Source: an uncultured archaeon (lineage in GTDB: Archaea; Thermoplasmatota; Penumbrarchaeia; JASLWR01). From it: a stretch of DNA of 64,000 nt. The DNA is taken from contig CAYFHS010000006.1 of assembly GCA_964342815.1 (NCBI GenBank), positions 32,001-96,000 of the forward strand. The letters are read 5' to 3'. The notes beneath the pieces were generated by a model that ran no database searches, was not told where the DNA came from, and saw only the letters and a program-made list of their open reading frames with translations. Position 1 is the first letter of the stretch. Each line of letters opens with the position of its first letter. The position numbers and the translations under genes were made by a program. Below, piece by piece: positions 8,296-17,735 of the stretch.

Positions 8296-11200
8296 CTACC
8301 GATCATCAAATTTTTTATTCATCGGCAATCTGCCAAATTCATCATCTTCAAGATCGTCTTCCGGCTTTTTTTTCATACCGAGATATATGGCAATAACAAG
8401 GAAGGCCGTCACAATCATAACCACGATCCACAAGATGTAAAGCCAAATACTCATATTTTCTTCTGAAAATATTTTATTACCGTCATCATCCGGATTCTCT
8501 TCATCATCGGTTGTTAAGTCCAGTACAAGCGGAGGTTGTGAAGTCGAATTCTTTTCGGACATTCCCGGATTCCACTTATCCGGCATACCGTCGAAGTCCG
8601 TGTCCACGGATGCCGCGGGATCATATGGAAAAGCATCTTGCTCATCGGGGACTCCATCGTTATCGGAGTCCTTTATCTTCACTATGAGGGTGTAATCGTA
8701 ATGGTCTTTTCCACCTCGCCCGTCCGAAACAGTAACGTTTACCCAATATATCCCCTCTGATAACTTTCCAGAAAGATTTCCTGTGTGTCGATCTATTTCC
8801 AGCCACATGGCATTGGTATATATAGACCAGGTCAATTTATCAGCAACGGGATCATCGTCCGTAGCATTGAACCGAACAAAATAAATCTCCCCATCCATCG
8901 CAGACATCGGAGGTGTTGTGGTGATTATGGGTGGATCGTTAATATTATAAACGGTCAGAGAATAATTATACCATCCTTTCCCACCGTTACCATCGTTCAC
9001 CAAGACCGAGAGCAGGTATTGCCCCACTTCATCGTTGGTTGGAGTCCCGTACAATTCACCCGTATCATTGTTAAAATACAACCAGGTCGAATTCGTTTTC
9101 AGGTTCCAGGTAATTGTCCCCTGCATATCATCATCGGAGCTGAAATTAACGTAATATAATTCGTCTTCAGCAGTACTTATCCTGGGCTTTGTCATGATAA
9201 AAGGAGATGTGTTTTTCACAGTTAAAGTAAAATTTTTAAAATCGAACTCTCTCTGATCAGCAGTTACAGATATATTTACCCAAAACCTTCCTACATTCTC
9301 GTTGGTTGGTATACCAAAAAGAAATCCTGTTGTCTCGTTTAGAGTTAACCATTTCGCGTTCGTATCCAGGTTCCATAAGATAGATTCATCATTATTGAAT
9401 GCAATCTCATATTCATAATCTATTCCATATGGCACATCTTCCTCGTGTGTGGTAAGATCAATGGTGGTGATTCTTAAAATTATTCTTCGTGGCGCCTCCC
9501 AGTGAAAAAACGGATAAGTAAGCCCATCATGTATCCTCCAAATTGTTGAAAAATCCCAATTTGAATCTATAAAGGTTTTCCTGCTCATCATTTGCGTGGT
9601 GTTCTTCCCTATACCGCCGTCGCTCTGGGTTTGACCCGAAGTTTCATTATCCCAAAAACAATTCAGAAAAATGCCGATATCATTATCTCCCGCAAGCCCT
9701 CCGGTATTAAATTCACCGGACACGCTGGTCGCCGTATAACAGTCCTCAACCATACCGGAGTTGAATCCAATAAGCCCACCAATAAAACTATTACCACCCA
9801 CCGAACCAATCGTATAACAGTTTTCCATCTTACCCTCGTTTGTACCAACAAGCCCGCCGATATGGGTATTTCCACTTACATTTCCAATTACACGACACCT
9901 ACTTATCAAACAATCATTACCGGAGATGCCGACAAGTCCGCCCACCCAATTATTTCCACTTACATTGATATCAATCAATGAAACATTTGATATCTTCGCA
10001 TTATTATCCAATTGGCCGAAAAGTCCTGTATAGCTGTCATCTGGAAAAGATAAATTCAGGTTGGAAATCAGGAAACCATTTCCATCGTATTCACCCCCGG
10101 AGAAAACGGGTATATGAATGCCTGGTTCTTGGGATAGATCAATATTTGATAGCTGTCTGAAATTATAATCCAGTAATGCAAAGGGAAGTATGCATTTCAG
10201 ATCGGATACGGACGAAACATTATAGCTGACAGTCCCCGGGATCTTATTCAGGTAATCATCTATATATATTACCATATCCTGGGATATCCAATCATTAAAT
10301 TGCGGGTTTAAAATACCATATGGCGTGGGGTGTTTCTTTCCGTTTATAGTTGATTGATCGATGCAATAGAATGAATTTTTCACTTGTGTGAATGAATATG
10401 TATATCCAACAAGCCCACCAACAAAATCACCTTTTCCACTCACGTTACTCTTTGCATAGCAGTTTTTTACCGTTCCGGATGTTTGGAATCCGATAAGCCC
10501 GCCAATGAAACTTTGGTTACCTGTAACGGTTCCAAATGATTTGCATTTCTTAACATCCCCCCAACTGTTTCCCACAAAACCCCCGACCCTTTTATTTCCA
10601 TGTACATCGCCAGTCGCAGAACAATTATCAACAATGTTGTCGCAATCACCCACAAGTCCTCCCACAGACAATTTCCCGTATATATTGTTAGAAGCCGAGC
10701 TGTTCTCTATCAGACCGTGATAATTCCTTCCTACTAGGCCCCCGACGTTCTCATATGCTTCCACCGATCCTGCAGCCGAGCAATTTGTGATTATACCTAG
10801 ATTCTTTCCAACCAATCCCCCGACGTTATAATCTCCCTTCACATTACCAGTTATGCTAGAGCCATTTATCCGGCCAAGATTGTTTCCAACAAGCCCGCCG
10901 AGGTTGTTTTTTCCAGTGATATTTGCGTCCACAAGATTAATGTTACTTAATAATCCGTTGCTTTCCATGTAGCCGAAAAGGCCAAGGTTAATGTCGGTGC
11001 GGTTGATGAATATACCCGTAATATTATATCCTTGGCCATCGAGACTGCCATTGAAGCGGCCATAGAATTTGCCGATTGGATCAAATCCAATACCATCGTT
11101 CCAATATCGTGTTGAATTGGCATTTATATCGCATACGAGTATATAATGTGCATGTCTGTCACGGCTTATATTCTGGAGAAGTGACACATTGGAGATTCGG

Positions 11201-11391
11201 TAGGGATTGCTTTCCGAGCCGTTTCCTCTTCTAAAAAGTGTATCAACAATCACATTATTTCCGTCAGTGTGTGTCGAGTAATTTTTCATTATTATTTTCT
11301 TTTTGATAATATTCGAAGTTGGAAAGATAATTATTGAATTCCCGACAAGCAGAAGGCACACTACCATTATCGCCGTGGTCTTAGGATACAT
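8296..11391 (-). CDS. Cell-surface protein: two GLUG-repeat beta-helix modules, cadherin/He_PIG-like Ig repeats, TSP3 motif, C-terminal TM
   Basis: Signal-like N-terminus; many xGGLVG repeats; two PYxIxxVxxL-type module starts; three Ig repeats with WLxxxxxTGxLxGxP; DSDNDGVPDEQDAFPYDP; TM MSIWLYILWIVVMIVTAFLVIAIYLG followed by MKKK. Confidence 0.85.
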   Translation of the reverse strand: MYPKTTAIMVVCLLLVGNSIIIFPTSNIIKKKIIMKNYSTHTDGNNVIVDTLFRRGNGSESNPYRISNVSLLQNISRDRHAHYILVCDINANSTRYWNDGIGFDPIGKFYGRFNGSLDGQGYNITGIFINRTDINLGLFGYMESNGLLSNINLVDANITGKNNLGGLVGNNLGRINGSSITGNVKGDYNVGGLVGKNLGIITNCSAAGSVEAYENVGGLVGRNYHGLIENSSASNNIYGKLSVGGLVGDCDNIVDNCSATGDVHGNKRVGGFVGNSWGDVKKCKSFGTVTGNQSFIGGLIGFQTSGTVKNCYAKSNVSGKGDFVGGLVGYTYSFTQVKNSFYCIDQSTINGKKHPTPYGILNPQFNDWISQDMVIYIDDYLNKIPGTVSYNVSSVSDLKCILPFALLDYNFRQLSNIDLSQEPGIHIPVFSGGEYDGNGFLISNLNLSFPDDSYTGLFGQLDNNAKISNVSLIDINVSGNNWVGGLVGISGNDCLISRCRVIGNVSGNTHIGGLVGTNEGKMENCYTIGSVGGNSFIGGLIGFNSGMVEDCYTATSVSGEFNTGGLAGDNDIGIFLNCFWDNETSGQTQSDGGIGKNTTQMMSRKTFIDSNWDFSTIWRIHDGLTYPFFHWEAPRRIILRITTIDLTTHEEDVPYGIDYEYEIAFNNDESILWNLDTNAKWLTLNETTGFLFGIPTNENVGRFWVNISVTADQREFDFKNFTLTVKNTSPFIMTKPRISTAEDELYYVNFSSDDDMQGTITWNLKTNSTWLYFNNDTGELYGTPTNDEVGQYLLSVLVNDGNGGKGWYNYSLTVYNINDPPIITTTPPMSAMDGEIYFVRFNATDDDPVADKLTWSIYTNAMWLEIDRHTGNLSGKLSEGIYWVNVTVSDGRGGKDHYDYTLIVKIKDSDNDGVPDEQDAFPYDPAASVDTDFDGMPDKWNPGMSEKNSTSQPPLVLDLTTDDEENPDDDGNKIFSEENMSIWLYILWIVVMIVTAFLVIAIYLGMKKKPEDDLEDDEFGRLPMNKKFDDR

Positions 11392-11702
11392 GATCGCTCT
11401 CCAGCATCAGTGGTCAAGTATAATTATCTAACTTCTTTCTATAAATCACATCTCCCTTTATTTTAATAAATCTATTGATGTAAATTGAAAAGCTTATGAC
11501 TGGGAATAAATTACATGAATTTGCAGACCTCTCAGGCGGTAATTCCAGATTTTCGGAGTAACGCAGTTTTCCATTTAGATTCTCATTCGTTGGATTCACA
11601 CCATGGAACTACGGATTGTTATTGTGTATCATTCCTTATATATGATTAAATCCATGTTCACTATAAGAGGGGGATTTACTGTTGAGGAAATGGTGAATCC
11701 AA

Positions 11703-12098
11703 ATGAGTCAAACTGAAACGACTATCGATGTCAGGGAAGTAATAGACATCAAAGAACTTGTCATGGCCCAATTGCTGACCGATGATTACTGTTTGAAGAT
11801 CATTTCGGGAACAGCCAAGAAGGGCATGAGCGTAAAGGAGATGGCCTTTACCTATTTTATCCCCTTTGCCACCTGCTACAAGAAAGTGGCCCAGCTTGAA
11901 GCCATCGGGCTGTTGCGGGAAGACGGTAAAGCACTCAAAGGGAATGGAAAAAAATATTCTGTTTACCGCTCATGCTTGAAAAACCTAGAGGTCAATTACA
12001 AGAACAAACATATCGTGCTGGAAATAGAGCTGGAAGGTAAAGCGCCGAAAAAGTTATCGCTGGACCTTGTCGGGGGTTCGCTCCTTACAACCACATGA
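11703..12098 (+). CDS. Winged-helix (ArsR-like) transcriptional regulator
   Basis: LLTDDYCLKII...SVKEMA...IPFATCYKKVAQLEAIGLL...GKKYSVYRS matches the archaeal wHTH pattern; divergent from the surface protein gene. Confidence 0.8.
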   Translation: MSQTETTIDVREVIDIKELVMAQLLTDDYCLKIISGTAKKGMSVKEMAFTYFIPFATCYKKVAQLEAIGLLREDGKALKGNGKKYSVYRSCLKNLEVNYKNKHIVLEIELEGKAPKKLSLDLVGGSLLTTT

Positions 12099-12127
12099 TC
12101 CCGTTTATCTTTGATGTCTATTATTCA

Positions 12128-12139
12128 TTTTTTTTTTTT
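12128..12139 (+). terminator. Oligo-T terminator
   Basis: 12 consecutive T, 30 bp after the 12098 stop. Confidence 0.55.
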
Positions 12140-12251
12140 AATAAGACAATCTGAAAGATCGATCGTAATTAGTATTTCTTTTCGCTTCAACAGATAATAT
12201 TAAAGTATTTTAAAACCTTATCAACCCAATGAAATCGTTCCGGGGGAGCTG

Positions 12252-13373
12252 ATGGCCAAGAGACGAATGGACCGGGAAACCTGGGAAAAGGAAAATTCTG
12301 ATAGCGGGGATTTTATTCCAAAGGACCGACCCAAGAAACGGAGCGTCGGTGGCAAGATTCTTTTCCTAATAGGCAGTTTTATAAAACACCTGGCCATAAT
12401 CGTTTTTATGATATCCGTGGTGCTGGTGTTATTGTGGGGTTATACGGGAAGCTGGCCGCCGTTCGTGGTAGTGCAGTCGGGCAGCATGATGCATCATGAA
12501 ACCGACAGCCAATACGGTGCAGTTGACACCGGTGATATTATCCTTTATAGAAACGTCGATCAAAGCGTGATACAATCAGAGACCACCAGTTGGGTGGACC
12601 AAGAAGAAAAACATTACGGCACGTGGGGTGACGTTCTTATATTCGAGAAAAACGGTGAGGACAGCACACCGATGATCCACAGGGCTGTGGTATGGCTGGA
12701 AGTGAACCTGGCTGATTATGATGGAAACACAAAAAGAGGCGCAACATACGACATACCTTCCATGGGTCTCTATGGACAATCCGGGATAGTGATCATACCA
12801 GGGTACCCGGCCTTTGCCACAAACAGCTCGGATACCACAGATTTGAAAATAGACCTCGACCATATATTGAATAAATATCATGAGCAAGGCCAAAAACCCA
12901 GAAGCGGTTATATTACTAAAGGCGATAATAATCCCCGAATAGACCAGCCCGATATATGCATGCCGGTGGTTGACGAGTGGGTTATGGGGAAGGGCGGGGG
13001 CGAGATTCCATGGCTGGGTCTCATCAGCCTGATATACAAGGATAATCCCGACCCCATCCCCCGCAATTCGATCATATGGTCCGTCTTCACATTAATTATT
13101 CTCTTTGGTATCTCTATAAATCTTGAGATAGTAATAAAGATGATTAGAAGACGCCGGAAGGTAAAGAAGGAGAAATCCAAGAAGAAGGAAGAAAAGCGAT
13201 TTAAAAAGATATACTCAAAACTCGACGCAGGCCCCAAAAATAAAAGAAATTGGAATGAAACAGTTGTAGTTGAGGACGATTATGATGATGGTTGGGATCA
13301 AGGGGGCGGTCCATCGGAAGATGAATGGGACTGGGATGACGATGACGATTATGACGATTATTATGACGATTAA
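12252..13373 (+). CDS. S26 family signal peptidase (archaeal SEC11-type) with acidic C-terminal tail
   Basis: TM then VVQSGSM (catalytic Ser), GDII, IHRAV (His), YITKGDNN, second TM. Confidence 0.85.
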   Translation: MAKRRMDRETWEKENSDSGDFIPKDRPKKRSVGGKILFLIGSFIKHLAIIVFMISVVLVLLWGYTGSWPPFVVVQSGSMMHHETDSQYGAVDTGDIILYRNVDQSVIQSETTSWVDQEEKHYGTWGDVLIFEKNGEDSTPMIHRAVVWLEVNLADYDGNTKRGATYDIPSMGLYGQSGIVIIPGYPAFATNSSDTTDLKIDLDHILNKYHEQGQKPRSGYITKGDNNPRIDQPDICMPVVDEWVMGKGGGEIPWLGLISLIYKDNPDPIPRNSIIWSVFTLIILFGISINLEIVIKMIRRRRKVKKEKSKKKEEKRFKKIYSKLDAGPKNKRNWNETVVVEDDYDDGWDQGGGPSEDEWDWDDDDDYDDYYDD

Positions 13374-13575
13374 GCTGAAGTGTATGTCGAATTTACTGAG
13401 CTAATTACTTTCATAATAATAATGAATAAATGGCTTTAGATTCATTAAACCTTGCTTTTTTTATCATATAGGAAATACAGACCATCCAGTCGATTTGTAC
13501 TTTATTTAGGCAATCAAGTATTTGCGATAACGCAGGAGTGGAACTCTGCTAAGTCGCCAATTTCCTTTGGAATTT

Positions 13576-13815
13576 GGCTCCCCGAGGGAGCCCATCCCGA
13601 AGGGATATATTTGGGGGGGATGCCCACTTCGTTCCGCTAAATCAGAGATTTAGCTGCACCCTCGGTTTTGCGAACAAAACCTACGGGTGGCCCCGCTTTC
13701 CCGCAGGAATCCCATCTGGGATTCCGAGGGTGCTCACCTTGTTACGATGCATCAGAGATACATCTGCTTCCTCGGGAGTAAACTCCCTACGGATGCAGGC
13801 GTATCTTCGATGCGC
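13576..13815 (-). repeat. Dense intergenic hairpin array (REP/BIME-like or structured ncRNA) with two GTA-[hairpin]-GA motifs on the minus strand
   Basis: Perfect stems at 13576-92, 13594-606, 13636-54, 13657-89, 13706-25 and a nested stem 13749-813; 10-bp inverted repeat gcaccctcgg/ccgagggtgc. Confidence 0.7.
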
Positions 13816-13909
13816 CGTGTCATCGTAGAAAAGTGGTTTTTCATTGCTCTTTTTTGACACCTATCAGTAACATTATTATATGTATAAAATCCTTGTACAC
13901 TAGATAACT

Positions 13910-16231
13910 ATGAGCTTACCACCGGCCCCATCCGATTCCTATACTCGTTTTCTGACACCTCCTGCCACAAAGGCCGCACCACACTACGTAATGAATATCC
14001 TGCCAATTTTCAAGATCACCCATATACTCGGCAGCGGAGGTTCGGCCGACGTTTACGCAGCCGAAGATGATGACGGAAGCGAGATCGCAATAAAGATACC
14101 TCATCAGAAGTTCGATAATACCATCGACACATCAATTTATAAGAGATTCGAGAAAGAAGCGGAGATGTGGAATAATCTCGACCATCAGAACATAGTAAAT
14201 TTTTTCTCGGCCCATGACCAACCTGTACCCCATATATCCATGGAATTGGTCAAGGGCGGGTCACTCCGATCATTGATGAAGAACCACCGGCTTACAGTAA
14301 GCGAAGCAATCCATATCATGCAGCAGGTATTGGAAGGCCTTTCTTATGCACATCGAATGGCCATAGTGCACCGGGACCTGAAACCCGAGAACATCCTTTT
14401 CACGGAAGAGGGCCTTGCAAAGATCACCGATTGGGGTATAGGAAAGTTCATGTCATCGGCTACCAGCTCGAAAACGGTTGGACATCTCGGGACCATGGCC
14501 TACAGCGCCCCGGAGCAGTTCGACAAGAAACAGTTCGGGACCATCGATTGGCAGACCGATATTTTTCAGGCGGGGATCATGTTTTATGAGATGTTGACCG
14601 GGGAAAATCCTTTTGCCGACCTGGACAACGCCAGCGTAATGGGCAAGGTCCTGATACTCGATCCCAAACCGCCGAGCAGTTATAACAGTGAAATTCCATT
14701 TGCTCTGGACAATATTGTGCTTGGAGCCCTGGGGAAAAAGAAAAGCTCGAGATGGAGGAGTGCTGATGTCATGCTCTTCCAGTTGAGGCACATGATCAGC
14801 GGGGGAAAGGTGAGCCGTCAGGGTGGGATGAAAGTCCCTCCCGAGCGATCGGAAAAACTTTCTCCAAAGGAGCGGGCACGTGTCATGGCTGAAAAACTTG
14901 ATCAAATGCTAGAGGAATTGAAGAAAATGGATGTGGATGTATCGGGTTTTCTGGAAAATCATTCCAAGGTGAAACGATCCATTAAGATGGGATGGTACGA
15001 GGACGCTGTCACTTTGGGCATTGGATTACTCAAGGAATTTGAATCAAGTTACGCGGAAAAGATGAGGGAAAGGTCGCGAAAGAGAGAAATGCTCCGGCGG
15101 AACGTGAAGATACTTTTCGGGACAGCTTTTAGGTTTAAGATAGACTGCGAGCATTTATTCGAAAAGAACCTGAAAGCCCGGGAGGCTCAGGAGAACGGCG
15201 ATCTTCAGAGAGAGGAGAAACTCAACCGGGAATTGTTACAAGAGTTAACCGAAGGGATCAATGAACATCGTGAGAGGCTGAAGGAGAAGAACAAGGTCGA
15301 GAGATTGGGTGAAGAGATCTCTCAATTATATCAGAGAGCTCTTATATACGGCATCGGTCTCTCAGAAGCACCCCGCTTGATCACCAATGCATCGGCCTTC
15401 CTGAACGAAGGCCGGTTTCAGGAGGCGAAAAAAGCTTTCGCCAAGGCAAATTCCGAACTGGAGACAGCTATCCGGAAATATGAGAGGCTTGAGGGCAGCA
15501 GGAGAAGGAAAGAATATCAGGACATATGGAACGCATCCGAGAAGACCATCCGTTTGAAGTCCACGGTTTATGTGAAAAAACTATTTGTCCAGCACAAAGA
15601 GATTAGAAAGAACAATATAGTGCAGCGGAGGAATTTTATGGGAACCCCATTTGTCAAGATCCCTGGAAAGAACTTTTACATGGCCCGCCACACCGTGACA
15701 CAGAGGGAGTGGAGCATCGTCATGGGGACGGCCCCATGGGAGGGGAGGCGTTATGGGACCGAAGGGGATGAATTTCCTGCCACCTATGTCTCGTGGTATC
15801 ACTGCAGGGATTTCATAAAGAGGCTGAACGAGATGGAAGGTGTCGTCCTGTATCGGCTTCCCACCGAAGAGGAATGGGAGTTTGCTTGCAGTGCCGATAG
15901 TGATACATATTATTATTTCGGGGATGATGAAAAGCATCTGAGATATTACGCATGGTACAGGGATAATGCATGGGCTGCGGGTAAAAAGTTCGCCCACCGA
16001 GTATGCCAGAAGAAACCGAATGCATGGGGTCTCTATGACATGCACGGCAATGTATGGGAATGGTGCGAGGACGAATACGACGCAGGTGGAGAGGCCCGTG
16101 TGATAACTGGCGGGAGCTGGGATGATCTTGCCGAATACTGCCGTACCGGTGAGCACCACGGCAATGTCCCCGATGACGCAACCGACGACGTGGGTTTCCG
16201 ACTGGTTCGGGACATGTCCGGTGGGAAATGA
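13910..16231 (+). CDS. Hanks-type Ser/Thr protein kinase fused to a coiled-coil region and a C-terminal FGE-sulfatase (SUMF1/CLec) domain
   Basis: LGSGGSADVY, IAIKIP, FEKEA, HRDLKPENIL, DWG, YSAPEQF, DIFQAG; C-terminal YRLPTEEEWEFAC, NAWGLYDMHGNVWEWCED, GGSW, GFRLVR. Confidence 0.92.
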   Translation: MSLPPAPSDSYTRFLTPPATKAAPHYVMNILPIFKITHILGSGGSADVYAAEDDDGSEIAIKIPHQKFDNTIDTSIYKRFEKEAEMWNNLDHQNIVNFFSAHDQPVPHISMELVKGGSLRSLMKNHRLTVSEAIHIMQQVLEGLSYAHRMAIVHRDLKPENILFTEEGLAKITDWGIGKFMSSATSSKTVGHLGTMAYSAPEQFDKKQFGTIDWQTDIFQAGIMFYEMLTGENPFADLDNASVMGKVLILDPKPPSSYNSEIPFALDNIVLGALGKKKSSRWRSADVMLFQLRHMISGGKVSRQGGMKVPPERSEKLSPKERARVMAEKLDQMLEELKKMDVDVSGFLENHSKVKRSIKMGWYEDAVTLGIGLLKEFESSYAEKMRERSRKREMLRRNVKILFGTAFRFKIDCEHLFEKNLKAREAQENGDLQREEKLNRELLQELTEGINEHRERLKEKNKVERLGEEISQLYQRALIYGIGLSEAPRLITNASAFLNEGRFQEAKKAFAKANSELETAIRKYERLEGSRRRKEYQDIWNASEKTIRLKSTVYVKKLFVQHKEIRKNNIVQRRNFMGTPFVKIPGKNFYMARHTVTQREWSIVMGTAPWEGRRYGTEGDEFPATYVSWYHCRDFIKRLNEMEGVVLYRLPTEEEWEFACSADSDTYYYFGDDEKHLRYYAWYRDNAWAAGKKFAHRVCQKKPNAWGLYDMHGNVWEWCEDEYDAGGEARVITGGSWDDLAEYCRTGEHHGNVPDDATDDVGFRLVRDMSGGK

Positions 16232-16276
16232 ACCGCAAACCGAGATCTTATTTTCATCCGATTCATAGGCTGGTCT

Positions 16277-17674
16277 CTAATCCTCATGCATTATGTTGCC
16301 GAACAATTCTTCGTCGGTGGGCTGCGTGCTGGGTATCGGATACGATATCCAGGTGTAATTCAATAGATGTTCCCAGGTTACATTCGATGTTGTGCTGTTC
16401 CCCCCCCACGAGCCGCATCCCAAGGTCATTGACATGGGCATACCGTTTGTCCACGCCCCGCTGTTTGCCAGGCACTGCGGCTGCCTTATCATTATCCGTG
16501 ATACCTTCACGCTGAGCCCGAGCTCCCTGATGCGGGATTCTATTTTCGTATGTATACTGCAGGAATGGCCCGGTCCCGAAAAGGTTGTTATCCTGTTTAC
16601 GAGGTCTATGGCGTCTGGGAATTCCCTCCATTTGTAGAGGGTGGTGGTTACGGATAACTTTTCCCCGGAAAAGGGATAACCCACACCGACTCCCGTCTCC
16701 TCGATCATGATGAAGGTTTTTCCCTCCGGAAGGTCGATCCCCGCAAGTCCGGCAATCTTTTCCGGAGCTTGTGCAACGATGTCGCGGTTCAGTATTCCTC
16801 CGTCAACCCACATGGTATCCTGCAGCTTCTTCTTTTCTTCCGGGGATACCAGATATCCGCCTACGGCCTTAAGTTCATCCACCATATCATCGTAAACCTC
16901 TTCCTGAATTAGAATCGAGTTTTCAGTCGAGCAGCTCGTGGCATAATCGAATGTCTTGGATCGCATTATCTTGTCCGCGGCGTCCGCGAGGTCTGCCGTC
17001 TCGTCCACGATACACACTGAATTACCGGCACCAACTCCCTGGCTGGGGGTTCCGCTGCTGTATGCTGCCCTCACCATTCCGCTGCCGCCTGTGGCAAGGA
17101 TCATATCGCACTGCTTCATAAGCTCCTTGCTTGCTTGGACCGTGAGTTCATCGACGTTTATCACCAGATCTTCCGGCCAACCGTTCTTCTTCAATGTGGC
17201 CCTGATCCTGTTCGTAGCCATCTGATTGCAGGCAATTGTCCTGGGATGGGGTGCCATTATAATGGCATTTCTGGTCTTGATGGCTGTAATGGCTTTCACG
17301 AAGGGAGTCGCTTCGGCATTTGTAACCGGGATCAACGCACCGATGACACCCATTGGTTTAGCGATCTTAATGATACCTTTTTCTATGTCATGTTCGACGA
17401 TCCCTACGGATTTTTTACCTAACATATCCCGAAGGGTTCCCTTTATTTTTGTCATTATTTTACCGTATTTATGCGGTGCGTAGCCCATGCGGCTGTCCTC
17501 GACGCAGAACTCCGCCAGCTCGGTGGCGAATTTGGGTTCGACACCCGACCAGGCAACCCTTGTTGCCAGATCGTCCACCTGTTCCTGTGTAGCGAATTCA
17601 ATTTTTTTCTGTGCGGCTTTTGCCCGCTCTATTAGTCCTCTGATATAATCTGCAGCTTCCTGTTGGTCTGCCAT
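16277..17674 (-). CDS. CoA-acylating aldehyde dehydrogenase (SauS/EutE-like); putative malonate-semialdehyde dehydrogenase
   Basis: PMGVIGALIPVTN, ATGG, GVGAGN, KTFDYATSCSTENS (catalytic Cys), PFSGEKLS, GHSCSIH, TLGCGSWGGNS; GGAGGG RBS. Confidence 0.85.
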   Translation of the reverse strand: MADQQEAADYIRGLIERAKAAQKKIEFATQEQVDDLATRVAWSGVEPKFATELAEFCVEDSRMGYAPHKYGKIMTKIKGTLRDMLGKKSVGIVEHDIEKGIIKIAKPMGVIGALIPVTNAEATPFVKAITAIKTRNAIIMAPHPRTIACNQMATNRIRATLKKNGWPEDLVINVDELTVQASKELMKQCDMILATGGSGMVRAAYSSGTPSQGVGAGNSVCIVDETADLADAADKIMRSKTFDYATSCSTENSILIQEEVYDDMVDELKAVGGYLVSPEEKKKLQDTMWVDGGILNRDIVAQAPEKIAGLAGIDLPEGKTFIMIEETGVGVGYPFSGEKLSVTTTLYKWREFPDAIDLVNRITTFSGPGHSCSIHTKIESRIRELGLSVKVSRIMIRQPQCLANSGAWTNGMPMSMTLGCGSWGGNSTTSNVTWEHLLNYTWISYPIPSTQPTDEELFGNIMHED

Positions 17675-17735
17675 TAATTACCCTCCTTTATCTGGATTAT
17701 TTATTTCTTGAATTTTATATCCTTGGACCAGTTCT

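Noticed and set aside
13576-13815. tRNA, SRP RNA, RNase P RNA or rRNA fragment
   Set aside because: No T-loop/anticodon cloverleaf, and I could not match the conserved boxes of these RNAs by eye; an Rfam scan is still advisable.
13910-14600. Pseudokinase call based on DWG and GSGGSA variants
   Set aside because: Catalytic Lys, alphaC Glu, HRDxKxxN Asp/Asn and the Mg-binding Asp are all present.
13910-16231. Complete DGR cassette
   Set aside because: No reverse transcriptase, Avd or template-repeat copy was found in the window; kept only as a low-confidence remote-target hypothesis.
16284-16631. 115-aa minus-strand ORF overlapping the ALDH 3' end
   Set aside because: Out-of-frame overlap with a well-supported CDS.
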